A stretch of DNA of 64,000 nucleotides from Botryllus schlosseri. Lineage: Eukaryota. The notes under the pieces were generated by a model, which had not been told where the DNA came from, did not search any database, and was given only the letters and a program-made list of their open reading frames with translations. The stretch covers positions 11,594,001 through 11,658,000 of the forward strand of contig CM119383.1 of NCBI GenBank assembly GCA_051294905.1, written 5' to 3'. This document shows, piece by piece, positions 55,339 through 64,000 of this stretch. How positions within the stretch are numbered: position 1 is the first letter of the stretch; each line of letters opens with the position of its first letter. The translations under genes and the position numbers were made by a program.

Positions 55339-57632
55339 CCAATTCTATAATTATCATAGCAATGTAAACATTGAAGTAGTGAAGACTTATATGATTTTAT
55401 ATTGTAGTGTGGTGTAATCCACTATACGCCCGCGCCCGAGGGTCAGATTACAATAGAATCTATTGTTACGGTTGTACTCTATATCAGGAATTGCGTCTGG
55501 AACGTCCCTGGGGTAAACTAAATTAACCTACCATGAAAGGTAATCCAGGCATTTCTGCACAAAATACCATTATACCAATTACATATCAGATTCTACATAA
55601 ATTTCTGTAGAAAAACAAGCAGCCTCATTAGAGAAATATGCCAGTATTATTGTCATATAATTCAGTAACAAAGTTTTCAGATATTTTGGCAATACCAATA
55701 CAGATTTAATATCACATAACAAACCACTAGCATTATGCAACAAAATAGCTCAGAAAAATATTTGTACGCATAAAAAGTAACGCTGTAATTAAACACAGGA
55801 ATTACAATGGATTAACATACATAACGTCAGCAAAAATTCCAGCAGTCAATGCATCATAACACGTGGAAACAAAGGCAAGTTTGATACTAACACAACGAAA
55901 AATTTGCGTTTCAGTACTGATACTGATTATATGGATACTTTATCATAGAGGCATTGCAAAGGTACTGATACATCAAGACAAGTCTCATTATGACTTTTCT
56001 CAATAACAGCGAAGGGAAGACCCTGCATAGACTATGATTTGGAATCCACTCAAGATGACTTACTGATATTAGTTACATAGTAAATACTGGAAAAATTCAC
56101 AGGTTTTCACATACTATTATTACCGTCTTTTATACAATGTAACTATTGAAGGATATTACGAATGTTTTAGTATAGTAACAAAGCAGCACTTTGGAGTATT
56201 CATTTAGCCTACACAAAGAATGGACCGACTCCAGGGATCTACGTTGTCATAAATGGAGGTGAATTGTCAAACACCATTCTGTCTTACAAATCTTTAACAA
56301 GTTGTAATAAGGAATGCAGAGGAATTGGTATTCATAGTTTTTGTCACAAATTCCACTATACATTTTCATAAACCAAAAGACACTGTAACAGGAAGATGTC
56401 TTCGTCACCATGAATCTGTACAGTAGTTGATTGCTATCAAGTCACACGACTTTTCCTGATTTTGCACTACCTGCATTTCTGCAGAATCAAAAACAACAGC
56501 CCCTTCGCATTGAAATGTATATTACAAAGTTATACAAATTCCACAGATTGTTCAAATTAATGTGAACGGACACATGGGCAGGATTATTCAATGAACAGTT
56601 GAGTCACAATCATATTATTACACAACACAGCAACGACGTTGTAGATAGAATTGGTAGGAGCCCACTAGAAATTTATCTGTTGTGCAAGATATTTTGGCCT
56701 GCGTCAGATTTTTCAGAGCGGCCGTGCAAGATTGGAACTAGTTTTCAGTTGGTACTAGTATGAAGGAAATAGTTAAGCCTTACCCACATTATGGATCAAG
56801 TTAATTCTATGAGGTACCAATTTGAGTTTACACCGTAAATCACTGTCGCTTAGAAATATTACATATATTGCTGAAAGTGAGAATACTAAAAGGACATGAG
56901 AGGCAGAAATAAAAAAGCAATTGAATGCGTAGCGTAAGAAGTTGAACCGGCGCATACGGGAATTTAGTTGCTTTAGCACGACTTGAAAGCTTATAGTGCA
57001 ACACAAGATCAACTCAATATCGTCTTCTATCATTTGGAGGCACAATTACCCAACCAGCAGCAAGCATTCTACAAGTGCACCCAATCATTAAAAAATTAAC
57101 TATACATACAGTACCTTCGTGAGTGTCACAGCAAGTATATAAGCGCTACATGCACAAGTTTATACAATTTTCACCATGACAGGCTTCAGGACAGCAAAAC
57201 TGCCGACACTTTCCACCAATATTTAAGAAATCAACAATTCCTTAACAAAGTTAAAATGAGGGCAAAATACGGAATTGTCGGGCTAGACTGTGTCTTTGGC
57301 AGTATAGAACAAGGGCGATTAGCATTAACAATTGCTCTCACCTCAATATAAACATATTCTCAAGTACCAGGAGAGCCACTGTTGAATCGATATGGTGCTT
57401 CGTGTACACGATTCAATCCTAGAGTGTAGATTTTTGCCAGAACAGTTAATCTAAGCAGTTAGCCCGTGAGTAATACGAATGCTTTTGTTCAACAGGAAGC
57501 CGAAAAAACGGTATTGGCCACAACCCAGTAAGACCAACGAGCTTTTCCAGCGCTCCACACGACGTAATCACCCATGAAATTATATGTGAAAAGCGAGCCA
57601 TAACGCAGAAGAGACACTTTTTCGCCATGTAT

Positions 57633-58388
57633 TCAATGAGGCCTGGCAGTTGCGAACCCGTTCAAATGAGGGACAATGTGGTGATCACCACCATTCATCA
57701 CACCATTATGACGGCGTCGGATCTGGCCAGTCAGTATATCCCGGATATGCTGCACGATTAGGTTGATAGCCACGGTATTCTCATGTCCTCTGGGTATGAT
57801 AACGTCTGCATACTTTTTGGTGGGCTGGCAGAATTCCTCGAATGCGGGTTTCACAAAAGTGGTGTACTGATGAAGCACAGACTCCAAATCGCGTCCCCGG
57901 TCTGTAATATCCCTGGATACTCTGCGTGACAGTCTGGTGTCGGCGTCACAATCCACGAATAGCTTCATGTTGAATATGTCCCGTATTTCTGTGTGGTAAA
58001 ACGATAGGATCCCTTCGAATAGAATGACGTCGCAACGTCCCAATTCCGTCCACTCGTTTTTCATTCTGCTGTGCGTCTTGAAATCGTATTTCGGAATTCG
58101 GACCGGTCTACCAGACGCGATATCCGAGAGGGTTTGGCACAACAGCTCCATGTCAAAAGCATCGGGATGATCGAAATTGTACTGCGCGTTGTTGGCCAGC
58201 TTCAATTCTTCGCTAGACAGCTCTTTGTAGAAGTCGTCCTGGCTGATGAGAGCGACTTTACCAGACGTTTCTTTCAGCGATTCAATGATTTTTTGACACA
58301 CAGATGTCTTACCGGCAGACGTGCCGCCGGTGACACCGATTAAAAATGGAACCGAGGTATATCCATTGGTATGAGCAACATCAACCAT
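57633..58388 (-). CDS. UCK: Uridine-cytidine kinase (UCK1/2-like), intronless
   Basis: P-loop [49 protein letters not shown] and YADVIIPRG. Confidence 0.95.
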   Translation of the reverse strand: MVDVAHTNGYTSVPFLIGVTGGTSAGKTSVCQKIIESLKETSGKVALISQDDFYKELSSEELKLANNAQYNFDHPDAFDMELLCQTLSDIASGRPVRIPKYDFKTHSRMKNEWTELGRCDVILFEGILSFYHTEIRDIFNMKLFVDCDADTRLSRRVSRDITDRGRDLESVLHQYTTFVKPAFEEFCQPTKKYADVIIPRGHENTVAINLIVQHIRDILTGQIRRRHNGVMNGGDHHIVPHLNGFATARPH

Positions 58389-59239
58389 AGTTATTTATTT
58401 TTTGTAGTTTTTTCTGTAAACCAATAATGATAATTTTCCATTCCATTCAGTCCATTCCAAACGTGGCAGGGTCGCTGCAATACATGACCATTGACCAATG
58501 GTTGGTGATAATATTTTCTGCATAGATTTTTTTTTAAATGCATTTAGAGAAAGCAGAGCAATGAGCGGCCCATATCCTAATCCCAACAGACCAATAAAAT
58601 ATATTTATTGCATTGATCATGATCGCAACTTTCTCGAAAATTTTAAAATCTTTTCGCAATCAATTAAGGATGACGAAGCAATATTGCACACTCGGCGATG
58701 AAGGTTGGTGTGATCGCATGCAAATTAAGGTCAGTCAGCACACAAAGAATACCGTATTCCTACTGAACCTACCTCCAAACCCTAAACTCCAACCCTAACA
58801 CCCCACCCACTTGACAGGACCAAATTCCCAAATAAAATATATAGGATTATTGCTGTAACCCAGTGAACACTAAAACAGGCCAATCCAGCTTTGCTATCAA
58901 CAGGTAAGTTTTACAGAGGACCGACCACGCACCGCTGACAGATACATTTCTCATATAACGGACACTAATTTCTTACTGGTTAAGCATTAAACCATTGATT
59001 ATTATAATTATTGGACAACTGACGCAACTCAAACTCGTCATTATGCATATAATGTCGAAGTCAACGAACAGAAACAAAGCATGATAGTACTCGCGAGCAG
59101 TGTATATTTCTGGATATTCCTCACTAAACTACCCAACTGGAATCTCGGTACGTTTTGCCTAATAAAACATGTGAGCACAGCAGCGATGATTTTCCAAGTT
59201 AAAGTAATTCAATAAATAAAATAATCAACATAGTGTGAG

Positions 59240-60469
59240 CAGGGGCGTATCTAGCCGAAAAAAAAGGGGGGGTACCTTTAGAATAGGGGGGTGTTTTAAA
59301 AGGAGAGTGTTTTCCTAGTTCTAACCGATTGATCAGCTTAAATGTATGCAGAAATGCAGATATTACCACGGTCAGATAATCTTACTTGTTTTTGTGACTG
59401 CCTCTTTCGCATATACTAAACTAAGTACAACTAAACATAACATTGTAACCCGTAAGCGAAGATAACAGTATAAAGAGAGACTGCGAGGTATCTTGACCTT
59501 AATTACCAAAGCGAGGATGTTATCACGAAAGTGCGCGCAGATCATATTACAGCACATCGGGAGATCTCTCCATTTTGCGCTCATATACGAACACTCGAAC
59601 AGTGAAGATACGCAAATGAATGTTTTCGTTTGTATCAATTGTTCAGCCTGTTTTTGCACATGATCTGGAATAATTTCGTTCTAAATCAATATGATATCTA
59701 CTGCCTGCCAATATTTTGGTGTGTGGAGATATTAAAGACCAATTAACGATTGAGCTTGTGCGATTGCATCACGTGAATAACAGTGGCCCGGCGCAGGCTT
59801 AGGCTCGCATTCAAAATGCATTCCTAAATGCGTTTGCGGTTCAAAAGTGACAATTGCGAATTGTCGAGACAAAGACTATAGCTTCGCGTTATTACAACAT
59901 TACGTTGCACATTGATGTAGAACTATAACGCGCCGCAAATCATGGAGCGGCCTAGCCTCCAATGTTTTTACTACTGGCCAAGCGCGTTAAAACAGGACAG
60001 CAACCGAACTAAAGCATCGCAAATTTGATCAATACATGATAGATTCCATATAGGACATTTGATTGGTACAATCTGTTTTGGTACTGTAGGGATCTGCTAT
60101 CTCTAATGATACAAGCCTAGCACGCTTGTTCTAAACGTTTGTTGATAATAAACTCGCGCAGTATCGAAATTTCATGGCGTCCATTGCGAGTGTTATTGTA
60201 ACTTGATAATAGCGTTCAGATGAGACGAGAGAGCCATGTGACGATGCGCTTCTCGGGCTTCCGTAGACGAGAGAACAATACGAGAAAAAAGCATCACCTC
60301 ACTGCATTGTTTGCTCAATCGATGGCGTGATGATGCCGCGCGGCAATACGGGGATTATCCATAAGAAATATTAGATCAATAGAAATAGATTTAGGAAGGG
60401 GTACATTCGAGCTTGGAAACGGGGGGGGGTACCGGACACCCATTACCCCCCCCCCTAAATACGTCCCTG
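59240..60469. mobile_element. Non-autonomous hAT-type element
   Basis: TIR CAGGGGCGTATCTAG/CTAAATACGTCCCTG with subterminal G/C runs and TSD AGTGTGAG (59232-59239 and 60470-60477). Confidence 0.88.
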
Positions 60470-61329
60470 AGTGTGAGCAATGAGCTTGAGCATACTCAGC
60501 ATAGCCTGCATAGGACACCAATTCCATACAGGGGTCCAAACACATCAAAGATCACACTAAATTAGGAGTATTGGAAAAACATATCGCTTGCAGTGTTCAA
60601 CTAAATAGTCGAATTCAGCAAAATTCAATGAGAGCGATTCAAGAAAAATTGAACGGAAACCACAGGACTATAATATCAATTGATCCATTCAACAAAAACA
60701 ATCAATTATTGACTTCAACTTATGCTGTATTTTCGTATGCATAGGCGTGACACAACTGTAAAGGTTGTTAAACACATGACATTAGCAATATATATTTCAT
60801 GCAAAAGATAACGATGGACATTGGACAATACCAAATGGCTGAAAACAAAGAGACTTAAGCGATCAAAAATGAATGCTATATTGTAGCGCATTACTGTACA
60901 AACAGCATGATCCTTCCAGTTTCATAGCTATGAATAACGGGATCTAAAACTATTTTCCACGAGTCAACGATCGAACAGACTCAATATCGTTCTCAAGAAC
61001 AGCCAAAACACCGGCCAGAAAACAAACAAAATCTTTACACGTGAGCAGACAAATTTATTGATATGTCGCGAAAGCTATATCATTGAGCTTTATTGAACGC
61101 CAAAATCACTCAACTATGACAAAACACCATTGTGGAAATTCGTGAAGAAATTGAACCTCTCTGCCGTCCGTGTCTAAATGCTCATCGCGGAAAATTTCCA
61201 TACGTTGCTGCGTGATATTGCAATAACTGCGTTAAGCATCCCAGTAACAGTATTATTAATAATTTCATCAGATCAATACATAACAAGAGTGCTGTACATG
61301 AGTGTACACTGTACAACCTTAGATTACAA

Positions 61330-61948
61330 CGGTGGTTCTCAACCTTTTTGACCTCGCGGACCGGCAAAACTTCTCAACTTCAAAATAAATATTGCGGACC
61401 AGTGAACCTTCAAAAATTAAAATCAACCCTAAATTCGATTACAATGCAACTCAATGTAAAATTGGAAACTTCATTTATTGCTGTCTTTTTGATACAAGAT
61501 ATTTGTCTGTGGTTTTATCATAGCCTTTATAAAGGCTATGGTTTTATTGAAGTTTGTGCAAGGCGAAGTCCTGTTAAATATCACTAACTTGATTTCAAAT
61601 ATTCGGTACCGTTTGAAAGAAATGCGGCTTTTCTGTTTGCTATGTACTAATGGTATGCATATGCACAGATCGTGTGTATATAAACTATGTATATCATGAG
61701 TCGGTGTGTTGCCGCAAAATATCAAGGACAAAAATAAACCAAGTCCTTTCCTTTATAGTTTCTATTATACTACCAAGTGACAGAAAGTTCGATTACAAGT
61801 CTCCATAGCTTCCACATATAACTTGCCCGAAACGAGTTGCGACAACACTTGAACCATTATGACATACGTCCAAAATACAGAATGTGCTCTCTTGACGACA
61901 CTATGCAGAAAAATACGTTCCCAACTTTCCGGCGGTTCAGAACCACTG
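61330..61948. mobile_element. Older hAT MITE
   Basis: Ends CGGTGGTTCTCAACC / TTCAGAACCACTG resemble 22206-22517. The TSD is decayed. Confidence 0.5.
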
Positions 61949-62404
61949 CTACACAACGTTAAGATACAAAGGTGCCGAAATGACTTGAATTAGTCTTTGA
62001 AATGACGCACCCACCTGTCTCTTATACATACAAATCGGCACGTACGACTGTATAAGAATATGCAATTATGAAGGATATATAACTACCTACATCGCTTCAT
62101 TAATTTTCCATTTCTCGCACAATTCTGTACATTTTCCCGCCGGGTCATACAGACGCTGAAACTCTGGGGTAGCGTGGAGACTGGAGAGGAGACATGGCGA
62201 AGCAGACACGATAACCTAAAAGCAATTCCGTCACGTCTATCGGCATAGCACCTGAATGGTGCGGACGACAATAAAACTGAATTCCTTCCTTTTTATACAA
62301 CAAAACGACCACTCCAATAATAGCTTGATCACTCACTTCCAATGAAAAGGTGCACACTGCACATAAAGCAATAAAATCTTAAACTGTAAAATTAATGAAT
62401 TGAC

Positions 62405-62410
62405 TTTATT
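62405..62410 (-). terminator. AATAAA polyadenylation signal of PSME4
   Basis: Canonical hexamer about 170 nt downstream of the PSME4 stop. Confidence 0.6.
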
Positions 62411-62577
62411 CCATAATCTTAAAAATCCATTCAAGAAAAATACGCGACTTGAGAGGAAACAGACGAGACAGAGAAAATGAAGCAAAATGAAAGAAATCCG
62501 AGATAGCACTGATTCTTATAAAACGCACCCACGACAAATCCCCAAAGCATACATACACAAACGCAACAGAACCGACT

Positions 62578-63174
62578 TCAGGCGTAATAACACGGCGATA
62601 CCAATAGATCCGTGAGAATACAAAGTTGGTCATCGGTGAACTTCAACTTGTCCAGATGCCATGAATCGTGGTGCGTGCGTCGGAATTCAGAAAAGGTCTT
62701 TTTGACAGTGCTCTGTAAGATTGTGTTATCGCAGCCGTTATAAAAGACTGGGAAGAGAACAGGTATCGATTTAACTTACTTCGATTGGTTGCGGGTCGTG
62801 AAGATGATTGCTCAGATCCATGAGTAGATCAGGAAGATAATCCGGGATTGAGTAGGAGTTTGATAAAATGCAAGCGCTTAACGCCAATACGCCCGAGTGC
62901 CGGCTGCGAAGTTCTAGTGAAAATATATCAATTTATGAGTAAAGGAATAGACTGGAAATTTGAATCCGAATTTATAATCAATAAACATATACAAAACATG
63001 ATTCGTAATACTTTTTTGATACTCTGCTTTTCCCATTTCTTGCGGCTTCTCTCTTTTCTTCTGCTTAACACGAATTTTGCGATTGCAATCGATAAACTGT
63101 GTCAAATTCTCGTCGATTTTCAAAAATCCGCACTGCAGGAGCCCGCCTAGAGTTTTTGTCGCCATTTCACGAAC
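62578..63174 (-). CDS. PSME4: Proteasome activator PA200, last three exons (gene continues beyond the window)
   Basis: Exons 63174-63012 ([15 protein letters not shown]), 62913-62780 ([23 protein letters not shown]) and 62712-62578 ([27 protein letters not shown]). This is the characteristic PA200 YYA terminus. Confidence 0.95.
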
Positions 63175-63676
63175 CTTTGAAAACGATAAAATCGAACTGA
63201 AAAACTTGGCCGAATCCATGCCCAGTCTCTAGAGGTGGTAGAAGTAAATCAGCCTTAATAGTCAAGTAGAAGTAGCAATCTACAAGACAATGTCAACGGA
63301 AGTAGAAAATGAGTGCTGCGAAAACTACTCAAGTAAGTCAACTCAGAAACTGAATTTGGAAGACGGATTGCAAAATTTTACCTGTTAATCGGAGGTGGTA
63401 TATTTTCGAAATTTCAGGATGTACCTACTACCTACAACACGAGATGACAGATGTCACTACAAATAGGCGCAATCTTCGATTATACATTCAGACTGAGATA
63501 AAGGGGCTATTTTACACGACTCTTATGACAATTTCACTGACACAAACATATCACTTTACAATTCCAAATTGTAGACAGTGAAATTGTAGAAGTGGAAGTG
63601 GGGGCAGTCTAAATAAAACCACTAAGTGAGTAGCGGAAGTAGGCAAAACTTACTCCATTACTGCATTTCTCATGAG

Positions 63677-64000
63677 TACAGCGATTTTTTTTACATGTCA
63701 AAAAAAGTAAAAATTTAGTAAAAATTGTAGCTTTAGGTAAAAAAAGTCAAAATTCTTTACAAAGCCAAAATTTTTTTGCAACCCCACATTTCGTTTGTAT
63801 CGTAGATTTTGCACTGTCAGTGAACTTATCATTTGACATTTTACAGCTTGTAGCCTACTTAATAGGCCTGCCGTTGTAGAAGGCCTATTCTCTGCTCATT
63901 GTGAATCATAAACATTCAAATGAAACAAATAGGTTGACAAGGTGTTATGCTCAACGTACCGCAATATCCTAACTGAAGCAAGACTTGCGTGGGTATTCCA
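63677..64000 (+). mobile_element. Third copy of the hAT deletion derivative, inverted and cut by the window edge
   Basis: Reverse complement of about 37560-37868 (acatgtcaaaa...gtagattttgcactg...cgtaccgcaatatcctaactgaag). Confidence 0.82.

Noticed and set aside
56773-57045. 90-aa ORF between UCK and GATC as an additional gene
   Set aside because: Non-ATG start, no recognisable homology, and composition typical of a U/G-rich 3' UTR.
63360-63420. Next upstream PSME4 exon (donor CAG|GTAAAA)
   Set aside because: The required frame contains TAA, the peptide does not resemble PA200, and the region lies among repeat fragments.

Overview
Compact, repeat-rich invertebrate animal genomic DNA, probably an ascidian/tunicate (inferred from protein similarity and from 3' splice sites just upstream of most start codons). 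Genes: a secreted multi-EGF gene (-, 9672-28514); an intronless RPL37A/eL43-like copy with a premature TAG that has lost three of four Zn-ligand cysteines (+, 29101-29376); ARPC4 (+, 6 exons); and a co-oriented minus-strand run of PSME4 (3' end), UCK, GATC, SMIM13, EXOSC3, a possible 40-aa ORF and a 16-exon selenoprotein thioredoxin-glutathione reductase with a GCUG tail and a candidate SECIS. The main novelty candidate is SMIM13-EXOSC3. The two ORFs are 13 nt apart with no AG between them and no ATG in any frame inside the upstream ORF, which fits a bicistronic mRNA inside an operon-like cluster. Mobile DNA: a decayed full-length Ty3/Gypsy element (1567-6808, CACAC TSD) nested in an L2-like LINE, with an atypical primer-binding site and a probable hAT excision footprint; a tRNA-derived SINE family; L2 3' fragments; and many hAT-type non-autonomous elements with 8-bp TSDs. 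All exon models and alignments were read by eye, and no database searches were run.
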